Source: a virus. Taken from it: a stretch of DNA of 64,000 nt. Under the pieces are notes generated by a model. That model did not search any database, was not told the origin of the DNA, and saw nothing but the letters and a program-made list of their open reading frames with translations. Position 1 is the stretch's first letter. Each line of letters begins with the position of its first letter. Shown here piece by piece: positions 55,618-64,000 of this stretch. The stretch spans positions 9,337-73,336 of IMG/VR virus record IMGVR_UViG_3300049740_002873; one strand, 5' to 3'. The position numbers and the translations under genes are program-made.

Positions 55618-58350
55618 TCAAGCATTCAAGCCAGACATAAAATCCTCAAAATTACCAAGGTTATCAAATCCTGGCTGATCGGACACTTCCCCAGATGCAA
55701 CGTCTGCTGCTGAAGCGGTTGCGTCAGAAGTCCTTTCGACTTCTAATCCCTTAACTTTCATTTTTAAGTGACCCAAAACTGGAAGCCCTGCATTGTCTTC
55801 CTCATATGTTGCCTCGAAGAATCCTAGATCAGTGCCATAACTAGCAGCAGTACTGTCTCCACTATTATATACAAATCGAGCCTTTCTGTCATTACCACCG
55901 TTTGCTATGACTTCTCCAGCTTCTATTTCAATACCAGAAGATCCTCCTACACCACCAGCTTCAAAATTTCCACCTCCATTAAGATTCAGTTTGATAATAC
56001 TATCTTCAACATCTAAATTGGTTGTATTTACTGTAGTTGCTGTTCCATTGACTGTAAGATTTCCGCCGACTGTAAGATTGTTAGTAACATTCAAATCACA
56101 CTCTCCGCCTGCAGCACCTGCATCTCCAATAGAAACAGTTCCGCCAAAAGCAACAATCTGAACCGTGGCCCCAACCCCAGCCTGTGTTGATTCTTCAGCA
56201 CTGATTGATGCTAGTGAACTTGCCATATCTTGAGATTTTAATGATAGGAATGGTGTTGCAACGAATTGATCTACTTCAATACCATTACTATAATCAGCGC
56301 CAGCTATAGTTGCCGTTTCGAACTGATTTGTATTAGCGTTCCACTGCAATACCTCTCCACCAGTTAAATTCGCATTATTATAACCACCTACATCACTTAA
56401 ATCGTTCAAGTTTTTATTCCACAAAAAACTAGATGTAGCTCGCCATTTACCTGAATGCGCGTTCCAAATTAAAGCGGCTCCATCTTGAGAAGGAATGCCA
56501 CCTGATAAGAAAGTTTCATCAAGATCTGATAAAGAAGAAAGAGTGTGGTTATGCTCTCTAGTAGCGTATACATTTTGATATTCATAAACCCTAAACAAAC
56601 CATCTGTTGCGCCACCTGACGCAATAGTAGAGCTCATTGCGGTGGTAATAAAAGAACCATCGCTAGCAATTAAAACACTTTTAAATTTATTGGAAGAAGC
56701 GTCGGCATCTGGTATATTTGCCACAATAGTACCAGAATCCCAACTGTTGGTTGTTGAGTTATGTACAAAACGCTTTATTTGATGGCCAGTAAAATCAAAC
56801 TCGGACAACGAAGAAAATGCACTATAAGCAACAACTATAGTAGTTCCATCTTCCGAAGAATCAATACTATAAGCATTACTACTACCAACCGTAGACGTAA
56901 AAGGAGCACCCTTGCCGACCCAAGCGGGCGAAGCCTCATGATATTCAAAAGAATAAACTTTACCCTCGTTCGCTGTAACCATCGAAAGAGTAGTAACATC
57001 TCCACCGGTTACATTATTTAATACAGGAGTAGCAAAAAAATCATTAACAGGTAAATCGGTAATTTCAATCAATTGATAATTCGTCGCTCCATCATCCGCA
57101 AGATAATCGTCCCAGTAACTAAATGCATTAGAAAATATAGCTAAACTAAATTTACGCTCATAAGGACTTTCTCCTGCAGCTAGGTTCGCTGATACAGCAC
57201 TATAATTTGCATCACTATCATCTATAACTATAACTGCACCAGCAGTTGTTGTGTTACCCGGAGCCCCAACTGCAAGCATCTCACCATCTCCACGGTAAGA
57301 CAATGAGCTACCAAATGCTCCTTGAGGAGTTGATCCCACGTAATCTCTAATTTCAGTAAAGCTTGGAGTAGCTACGCTCTCTAATTTATAAACAAAAACT
57401 CTTCCCGAGTTCGAGCCGTCTGCGTTAGAATCGAAACAACCTAACGCAACCTTTTCTCCGTTGTCAGTTATAGATATACTATGAGCTTGCTCAGTAAAAC
57501 TACTGGTAGTTATAAATCCCAAGTCAGTAGCTGTTACGGTATTATCGGTCTCATCTCCGACTAATGAAATATAATGAGCTTTAGCTAATTGACCACTGGA
57601 TCCATCATAAGATAGCACATTATACAATATCAACCCGCCATCACTTCCCGCTGGCGCAATACCATTGATTGTGAATTCGTCAAAAGTCAAAGCAGATAAT
57701 TTAGCAATAGCAATAGGTAATGCAGCGCTAGCAGCACCCAAATCTACAGAAAATCTATCGCTCAATGTTCCATCGGTATTACGCTTAAAAATATCAACTT
57801 TACCAACTGTTTCAGAACCATTATCATCAGTATAACTAATCGCAACAAATTGATTATCTGCGGTCATTGCAGTATAATATTGACTACCCGCCCACGCCGG
57901 AGCTGATGGCGTTAAACCATTCGCTGCTGCACTCGCAGTAACACTATATTCAGTTAAATCAGAATCATCAAGATATTCGCTATGAACATGATCTGTAGAA
58001 GCAAAATCTAAAGTTTCCGCCACCCAAGCGGAACTCGAATCATTCCACTGTAACACCTGCCCATCAATTGTAGCACCTATATTCACATCATCTAATTGAT
58101 ACAAACTATGACTATGACCTATAGATGCATAGTCAGTATCGTGATCATGATTTAGCAATGCAAAATTGGATGTGTCAATAGATCCAGTTACAACCGGAAC
58201 CCCTGATACTGATAAACTTCCGAAATTACCAGATCCCGTAAGATCTATACTTTGATCACCTGAAAAAGGAACATAATCGTCAAGCTGACTATTCATTGTA
58301 GACTTAACTGACTGCCCTATACGATAGAATATTGAATTTGTGTCTGTCAT
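55618..58350 (-). CDS. Tail fibre protein with propeller (FG-GAP-like) region
   Basis: HxH motifs, L.DV..DGQVLQWN repeats, FGSSLS..LAVGAPG, GNLTVNGTATTVNTTNLDVED. Confidence 0.7.
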   Translation of the reverse strand: MTDTNSIFYRIGQSVKSTMNSQLDDYVPFSGDQSIDLTGSGNFGSLSVSGVPVVTGSIDTSNFALLNHDHDTDYASIGHSHSLYQLDDVNIGATIDGQVLQWNDSSSAWVAETLDFASTDHVHSEYLDDSDLTEYSVTASAAANGLTPSAPAWAGSQYYTAMTADNQFVAISYTDDNGSETVGKVDIFKRNTDGTLSDRFSVDLGAASAALPIAIAKLSALTFDEFTINGIAPAGSDGGLILYNVLSYDGSSGQLAKAHYISLVGDETDNTVTATDLGFITTSSFTEQAHSISITDNGEKVALGCFDSNADGSNSGRVFVYKLESVATPSFTEIRDYVGSTPQGAFGSSLSYRGDGEMLAVGAPGNTTTAGAVIVIDDSDANYSAVSANLAAGESPYERKFSLAIFSNAFSYWDDYLADDGATNYQLIEITDLPVNDFFATPVLNNVTGGDVTTLSMVTANEGKVYSFEYHEASPAWVGKGAPFTSTVGSSNAYSIDSSEDGTTIVVAYSAFSSLSEFDFTGHQIKRFVHNSTTNSWDSGTIVANIPDADASSNKFKSVLIASDGSFITTAMSSTIASGGATDGLFRVYEYQNVYATREHNHTLSSLSDLDETFLSGGIPSQDGAALIWNAHSGKWRATSSFLWNKNLNDLSDVGGYNNANLTGGEVLQWNANTNQFETATIAGADYSNGIEVDQFVATPFLSLKSQDMASSLASISAEESTQAGVGATVQIVAFGGTVSIGDAGAAGGECDLNVTNNLTVGGNLTVNGTATTVNTTNLDVEDSIIKLNLNGGGNFEAGGVGGSSGIEIEAGEVIANGGNDRKARFVYNSGDSTAASYGTDLGFFEATYEEDNAGLPVLGHLKMKVKGLEVERTSDATASAADVASGEVSDQPGFDNLGNFEDFMSGLNA

Positions 58351-58385
58351 TTTATTTATTAGTTGATTGTATTTTTTAAAAATTT

Positions 58386-61300
58386 CTAATCCGTGAATCC
58401 CGCCAAGAAGTCTGAATAACCTCCAACGCTTTCATATGATTCAGTTACATTGTCTTTCAAGAAAAGAGAACCATCTATTTTTACATTTCCAGCAACATCA
58501 ATTTTCTCTGTAGGATTTTCTTTTCCGAAACCTACATTTCCATTCAATATAGAAATATTTTCTCCATCAGGCTGCCAAGCCGAACCGATCAAAACCTTGC
58601 CTCCCATGCCAGAATGAGACGCGCAATAATAGTATAAAGTTGGGGTATCTTGTTCGACAATTATTTGAGTATAAGCGTCAGCACTGCCCAATGCACCCAC
58701 CACACTTACTCCTTCGGCGTATTCTATTCCATCTACATCAGTACTAAACCTCAAAGGATGACTAATATTACTAGAGTCGCTTTGATTAAATCTGTAAGTG
58801 GTTCCTCTTGTCAAAACAACAGTTAACTGCGGTTGCCCATCAATATAAAACACGCCCCCCGCAGCAGTAACAATAATTTCTTGAAACAATTCCTCAGAAA
58901 TTTCCGGGGTTGGAGTCCATGCCCCACCAACATACTTTAGTATGTCACCATCTCCCGGGTTCGCTGTAGCACTAATTTGTCCAAAATAATCCGACTTAGA
59001 CGCCCAATTCACAGAAGAAGTTAAACCGTCAAGAGTTAAATAAATTCCATCGTGATTATGATTAACGCTAGAATACAAATCATCATGATCGTGGCCTATT
59101 TGAGAATAGACTCCATCATGATTATGACCTATTGAAGCAAAATCTCCAGCGTCACCAACACCTGTCATCACAGGATTGCCGCTTACATATAATCCATCCG
59201 AAAAGTTACCGCTGCCGACTACATCCAACTCATACTCTGCCGCAGTATTTTTATTAATTGATATTTTATCAGATTTATACCAAGAAGTTAATGTATCTCC
59301 CGCTAGACAAGAAAAAACATCATCAGAAAAATAAACTAGTTCTAGCAAATCAATAGAAAAGTCATTGTATATATCGATACTCCTAATAACAGATAAATTT
59401 GTTGTTCCAATACTATAAACATTTAGAGTATGATTATTCGTATTGCTGATTCCGTCTAAATGATAAAATTCTGTAAGATCTAAATTAGCGGTATAACTAT
59501 TACTTGCTTGATCTAATTCTAGACCATAATCTGAAATATTTATTTCATCTAAAGATCCGCTAGCACTATCCTCATTAATTTTAAAAAAGTGAATAAATTG
59601 CTGTCCTTGTGTTATAGTTCCACTTTCTATAAATAATGTATTAGAAGAATCAGATACATGTACGCCAAATTGACCAAACTTAACATCATTATAGCTATCT
59701 CCATTAAGAGTAGAGCTAAACTGACTCACAGCGCCCAAGTCATCTATTTTAAATAGAGAAAGCAAACCATATCTTTTAGAAAAACTTCCAGCAAAATCAG
59801 GGCAGAATACAACTAAAAATTTCTTGTTTTCGGATATCTTTGCCGAGCATTGTCTGTTTAAGCTGTTTTCTGGAATAGTTATATAAAAATCTTCAACTGC
59901 ATGAGTTCTACCCATTCCAGAATGAGCAGTGCAATAAGAATATAGAGTAGCAGGAGAATCAGGGCTTAAGTTTACAGATAAAGTATTACCGCTCCTAGTT
60001 ACTCCGCTTGTGTATTCAGTTCCTCCGCCATGTGTTCCATTATTTGTTGTTGAAAAAGCTAATGGATGAGAAGATGGATAATCAAATTGATAATTATAAC
60101 CCTCAACCATCTCAAAAGTAGTAGCGCCGTCAAACAAAAACAGTCCATCACTCACAGTTACATTTACATTTATATACCCACCAAAATCATAATTCACAAA
60201 CATCCATTGATCTTCAGTATACCTGTAAATTTTAGTTTTATTTACCTGCGATACAGTAACATAAGAACCGTCATTAGAAATACTACATCTTATTTTAATA
60301 GGATTAGATTCTGATGATAAATCGAGTACATTTTCAGAAACCCAACCCGACGCGCTTGACCCATCAAAAGAGTATTTTTTTATTAAACCATTTTCATTCA
60401 ATAAAACATATTCTCCATTATCACTAATAGATATTGGCTCTTCAAGCAAACTATCATCAAAATCAGCTGTATAACTTATATCTTGACCCAATTTAGACCA
60501 AGATTCATTTTCAAATTTATAAACTCTTATTTTTTGATCATCTTCTGTATAAGATAAAATTACTTTACTATTTAAGCTTTTAATTATCTTTGGCTCAGAG
60601 CTAAATGGACCACTGCCTATTCCCTCCAATGTAAAACCATTACTATTTTTTCTATAATTATTTGCGCCATCAAAATTTACTTTATCATATTGGTTATCAA
60701 ATATATGATATAGATTATTTAATTCTGATGACTGTAAATACTTATCATCATGAGCGTGCTCGATAGGCGCATAATTACTATCGTGATTATGATTTATACC
60801 TGCGTAATCATCATGATTATGTTCCTGAAAAGCATAAACGCCATTATGATCATGATTTACTAATGCAAAATTATTCACAAAGCCTTCCGTTCCAGTTAAA
60901 ACAGGAACCCCAGAAACAAACAGTCCATCATTAAAATTACCGCTACCAGCCAAATCGACACTATTGCCGTTCACTAAAGAAACGTAAAGTCCGTCATGAT
61001 TATGATCAACAGATGCTGCTTGAGTTAATACAGGGCTTCCATCGACAAAAAGACCGCCACCAAAATTACCACTTCCAGCCAAATGAATACTATTCTGGTT
61101 TAAAATAGGCACAAATTCCCCAGCCCCAGTCATTACAGGTTCACCATCAACATATAAACCACTTTCAAAGTTACCACTACCGCGAACATTAAAATCAAAC
61201 TCGGAAATTGATGAATTTACTCCAACTTTACCTATATAAAATATACCACCTTCAGCCGTAGAAGTCCAAGACCCCTGCCCTTGATTAATATTTGTTACAA

Positions 61301-62819
61301 TTAAATCAATTTCATCCTCAGTATAATATCTATCATCATGGTTATGTTCGCCAACCGCAACACTCTGAACAATTGAATCAACTTGACTTTTTTGATAATA
61401 CAAATCGTTATGAGCGTGACCCGTAGGAGAATACAAATCATCGTGCCTGTGATCTTGTAGAGAAAATCCATCCAAACTAGACAATCCTGTTAAAACAGGA
61501 ACCCCAGAAACAAATAAGCCGCTTGCGAAATTACCTGAAGAATTTACATTTATACTGCTATCAGAAGAAAGTATATTATTACTTAAGGACCAATATGTTT
61601 GTGCATCTATTTCAGCTCTACTATAATATCTATCGTCATGCAGATGCCCCGTGTTTGATTTTTCATCTAAAAATAATTGCACTTCCCCAGCCGTATAGTA
61701 ATTCCCCAAAGATTCTATGCCCGTAAGTACAGGATTCCCTTCTACATATAACGTATCAAAATTACCGCTTCCAGAAACATCTAAATCAAATTGAGGAGAA
61801 TCATTATTAATGCCAACCTTACCTTGATTATAGTATATATCATTAGCTCCATCATCACTCCATTTACCCGCGACCAATCCATCTATACCAGTTAATACTG
61901 GATTTCCATCAACAAAAAGACCTTGATCAAAATTACCCGAACCAACTACTTGTAAATTATCATATACCCTCCATTCATTGTCGTCAGCTATATAATAAAT
62001 ACTTTTTGGATCTCCATTGTAATTTAGAGATATTCCGCCATTTGAATTTTCTAAATCTTGATCTAAGTAATTTAAAATTATTGAGCTACCTGAAACCTGA
62101 AGAGAATTTACATCAAACACGCCACTTTCTCCAACAACCCTAAAATCACCCTCTATAGTTGTGTCGCCTGATACGTAAAGTTTTTGGTCAATGCTTTCCG
62201 CTCCAATACCCACATTACCCTGATTGTAATATATATTTGAATTATTCTTCTCCCAATATACATATTCATCTCTCGTCCCAGTTAAAACTGGAGAACCCTG
62301 GACGTAAAGCGTTTCAGAGAAATTACCACTACCAGAAACATCTAATTCGTAATTCGGAGAATCATTTAAAACACCAACTTTAGCCTGCGAAGATAAAAAC
62401 AGGGAAGAACTATTATTCGATGAAATTTCAATATCTCCATCAGACTGTACATTGGAAATATGCAGAGCATTTTCCCCAGGAATTTTAAGTCCATCACTAA
62501 CAACCCAGGAAGAATCTGTTTCTGACCACAACAAACTATGCCCTCCTAATCTTAAGCCTCCTCCATCTACAGATGACTGACCGTAACCTAAGTTAATTGA
62601 ATTACTTAAAAAATTTACATTACTATAATTAAACTCTGCATTTACTCCTGAGGAACTTAAATCTCCAACCAAATTAAAATCCCCAATAACATCCAATGTG
62701 TGACTTGGGTCGTTTTTCCCAATTCCAAAATTATTTCCGCTTACAGAAAGTAATGGCGACTCAACCTCAATGTACGAATCTTCACCTTTTTTGGTTAAAT
62801 ATAATTGATTAATGACCAT
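58386..62819 (-). CDS. Long tail fibre protein with GSGNF and HxH repeats and two cupredoxin-like domains
   Basis: VGI...P...LDV repeats, 8 x (G/S)SGNF..LxVxGxPV(L/M)T, about 12 x HxH(D/N), 2 x HPL.FS...YC..HSGMG. Confidence 0.75.
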   Translation of the reverse strand: MVINQLYLTKKGEDSYIEVESPLLSVSGNNFGIGKNDPSHTLDVIGDFNLVGDLSSSGVNAEFNYSNVNFLSNSINLGYGQSSVDGGGLRLGGHSLLWSETDSSWVVSDGLKIPGENALHISNVQSDGDIEISSNNSSSLFLSSQAKVGVLNDSPNYELDVSGSGNFSETLYVQGSPVLTGTRDEYVYWEKNNSNIYYNQGNVGIGAESIDQKLYVSGDTTIEGDFRVVGESGVFDVNSLQVSGSSIILNYLDQDLENSNGGISLNYNGDPKSIYYIADDNEWRVYDNLQVVGSGNFDQGLFVDGNPVLTGIDGLVAGKWSDDGANDIYYNQGKVGINNDSPQFDLDVSGSGNFDTLYVEGNPVLTGIESLGNYYTAGEVQLFLDEKSNTGHLHDDRYYSRAEIDAQTYWSLSNNILSSDSSINVNSSGNFASGLFVSGVPVLTGLSSLDGFSLQDHRHDDLYSPTGHAHNDLYYQKSQVDSIVQSVAVGEHNHDDRYYTEDEIDLIVTNINQGQGSWTSTAEGGIFYIGKVGVNSSISEFDFNVRGSGNFESGLYVDGEPVMTGAGEFVPILNQNSIHLAGSGNFGGGLFVDGSPVLTQAASVDHNHDGLYVSLVNGNSVDLAGSGNFNDGLFVSGVPVLTGTEGFVNNFALVNHDHNGVYAFQEHNHDDYAGINHNHDSNYAPIEHAHDDKYLQSSELNNLYHIFDNQYDKVNFDGANNYRKNSNGFTLEGIGSGPFSSEPKIIKSLNSKVILSYTEDDQKIRVYKFENESWSKLGQDISYTADFDDSLLEEPISISDNGEYVLLNENGLIKKYSFDGSSASGWVSENVLDLSSESNPIKIRCSISNDGSYVTVSQVNKTKIYRYTEDQWMFVNYDFGGYINVNVTVSDGLFLFDGATTFEMVEGYNYQFDYPSSHPLAFSTTNNGTHGGGTEYTSGVTRSGNTLSVNLSPDSPATLYSYCTAHSGMGRTHAVEDFYITIPENSLNRQCSAKISENKKFLVVFCPDFAGSFSKRYGLLSLFKIDDLGAVSQFSSTLNGDSYNDVKFGQFGVHVSDSSNTLFIESGTITQGQQFIHFFKINEDSASGSLDEINISDYGLELDQASNSYTANLDLTEFYHLDGISNTNNHTLNVYSIGTTNLSVIRSIDIYNDFSIDLLELVYFSDDVFSCLAGDTLTSWYKSDKISINKNTAAEYELDVVGSGNFSDGLYVSGNPVMTGVGDAGDFASIGHNHDGVYSQIGHDHDDLYSSVNHNHDGIYLTLDGLTSSVNWASKSDYFGQISATANPGDGDILKYVGGAWTPTPEISEELFQEIIVTAAGGVFYIDGQPQLTVVLTRGTTYRFNQSDSSNISHPLRFSTDVDGIEYAEGVSVVGALGSADAYTQIIVEQDTPTLYYYCASHSGMGGKVLIGSAWQPDGENISILNGNVGFGKENPTEKIDVAGNVKIDGSLFLKDNVTESYESVGGYSDFLAGFTD

Positions 62820-62848
62820 TGCCTTATACCTTTAACGGGTATATACAC
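62820..62848 (-). promoter_or_regulatory. GTGTA putative late promoter plus AAGGTATAAGG leader element
   Basis: Minus strand GTGTATATACCCGTTAAAGGTATAAGGCA-ATG. Confidence 0.65.
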
Positions 62849-62881
62849 TTTTTTTAATCAAATTTCTAGATATATAATATA

Positions 62882-63505
62882 TTAATACGGCCTTAGTTTT
62901 TTGCCTAAATTTTCTATTATAGTTTTTTTATGACCTTCATCTGATTCCCCCCATTGATACATCAAGTCGCCCCTCACTTGTTTTATATGAAATTCAATTT
63001 TTTGTATTTCTTCTCTTAAGTATTTTATTATCTGTGGAGACACTTTATCTATTTTTACATTTAATTCGGTTGCGACTTTTATAATTTTCCTAAAGTCCCC
63101 TTTCTTTTTGGCCTTTACAGCCTCACTATAAAGTTCAGTATTTTCGCAATCCCTATTCATATCTGGATGAGTTTTTTTAACTATTTCTCTAAAAATATCA
63201 TTAGTTTTTAAATCATCAAATTTTTTCTTTTCCTGTTTTTTTTCTTTCCTCTCCACCTCTTTTTCATTTTTTGTCTTATCAGGGGGTTCTGAAAAAGGAG
63301 ATGTTAATTTATTCTCAGAACAAAAACTCATCATTGAAGATATAAAATTCATTTTATGCTGTTTAAATTTTTCCAAAACTTCTTCATATTCCATATCTAA
63401 ATACATAGCCTTATGCTTTAATTTATCAAATTGTTTATTCAACTTAACTGCATCAGCAGGAGGCTCTTCTTTTGGATCTTCGCTATAATTAACGATTTCA
63501 GACAT
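62882..63505 (-). CDS. J-domain (DnaJ-like) protein
   Basis: FREIVKKTHPD with the HPD motif; start moved to MSEIV at 63505, downstream of the terminator and GTGTA. Confidence 0.7.
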   Translation of the reverse strand: MSEIVNYSEDPKEEPPADAVKLNKQFDKLKHKAMYLDMEYEEVLEKFKQHKMNFISSMMSFCSENKLTSPFSEPPDKTKNEKEVERKEKKQEKKKFDDLKTNDIFREIVKKTHPDMNRDCENTELYSEAVKAKKKGDFRKIIKVATELNVKIDKVSPQIIKYLREEIQKIEFHIKQVRGDLMYQWGESDEGHKKTIIENLGKKLRPY

Positions 63506-63519
63506 ATATATAAATACAC

Positions 63520-63547
63520 AAAAAAGCGACCCCCAAAAGGGGGTCGC
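63520..63547 (-). terminator. Rho-independent terminator
   Basis: Perfect 9-bp stem GCGACCCCC-TTTT-GGGGGTCGC followed by TTTTTT on the minus strand. Confidence 0.9.
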
Positions 63548-63571
63548 CAAGAATTAAATTATCTTGCTCGA

Positions 63572-64000
63572 TTAAGCAGACGCCATAACAACCAATGTAT
63601 ACTGGTTATCACTAGATATATCGTCTGAGAATGTGAATGTTGCTGAAGTATTGCTTGCAGAAACCAATTGTACAGCAATAATAGGTGCGCCAGCGCCAGC
63701 TTTCATAATACCCATTACAGCAGGTGTTACATTGGCTGGAAACGCTTGAGGGAATGTTACGGTCTTTTGCGAGTCACCTTGCGAAAGACTGGTTTCAACA
63801 ACCCTTACGTCGTTTGTTAAGCTTTGGCTGTGGAGACTTGAGATATCGCTATCTGTTCCATCTTCGTCACCTTGACGTTGAACTTGAAGACTAGAGATAT
63901 CGCTATCAAGATTCGCTGTATTACCAGAAGCAATTTGAGCGAGACTTGAAACGTCACTATCTGTTCCAGCTTCGTCGTCTGTGCGTTGGGCTTGAAGACT
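63572..64000 (-). CDS. Partial fibre protein (C-terminus): 18-aa DSDISSL repeats plus lectin/gp53-like domain
   Basis: Hand translation ...DSDVSSL...DSDISSL...DSDISSL...VTFPQAFPANVTPAV...YTLVVMASA*; followed by the terminator. Confidence 0.75.
   Translation of the reverse strand, partial: SLQAQRTDDEAGTDSDVSSLAQIASGNTANLDSDISSLQVQRQGDEDGTDSDISSLHSQSLTNDVRVVETSLSQGDSQKTVTFPQAFPANVTPAVMGIMKAGAGAPIIAVQLVSASNTSATFTFSDDISSDNQYTLVVMASA

Noticed and set aside
1-64000. CRISPR array, diversity-generating retroelement, intron/intein, transposon or stop-codon reassignment
   Set aside because: I saw no spaced direct repeats, reverse transcriptase, TR/VR pair, splicing motifs or transposase; ORFs tile the window tightly in the standard code

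Overview
This 64-kb window is an AT-rich, very gene-dense segment of a large tailed phage, probably a siphovirus: it has a lambda-like tail tip and no recognisable sheath gene. It reads in the standard genetic code. From left to right it holds: (i) a sigma70-type, apparently leaderless metabolic operon (NDT-like enzyme, 41-aa membrane peptide, GMP reductase, GNAT, degenerate citrate-synthase-fold protein, unknown protein); (ii) a tail module spread over both strands (two paralogous fibres, four tail-tube-like paralogues, neck/terminator proteins, probable chaperones, tRNA-Gln, a 2562-aa tape measure protein, duplicated gpM, gpL, JAB-only gpK, a gpI-gpJ fusion and a 3187-aa tip/fibre protein); (iii) a DNA-metabolism and glycosylation island around divergent promoters at about 47.4 kb (SSAP-like protein, three glycosyltransferases, Whirly-like protein, wHTH protein, dNMP kinase, sigma factor, SSB); (iv) further fibre genes and a J-domain protein. 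The strongest leads are a tape measure protein punctuated by GGYIPNF repeats that bracket a PD-(D/E)XK-like cargo domain, a three-gene fibre chain with matching terminal docking motifs, and a GTGTA late-promoter motif coupled to a tandem AAGG-WAT-AAGG leader element. All family assignments come from motif recognition by eye; no searches were run.
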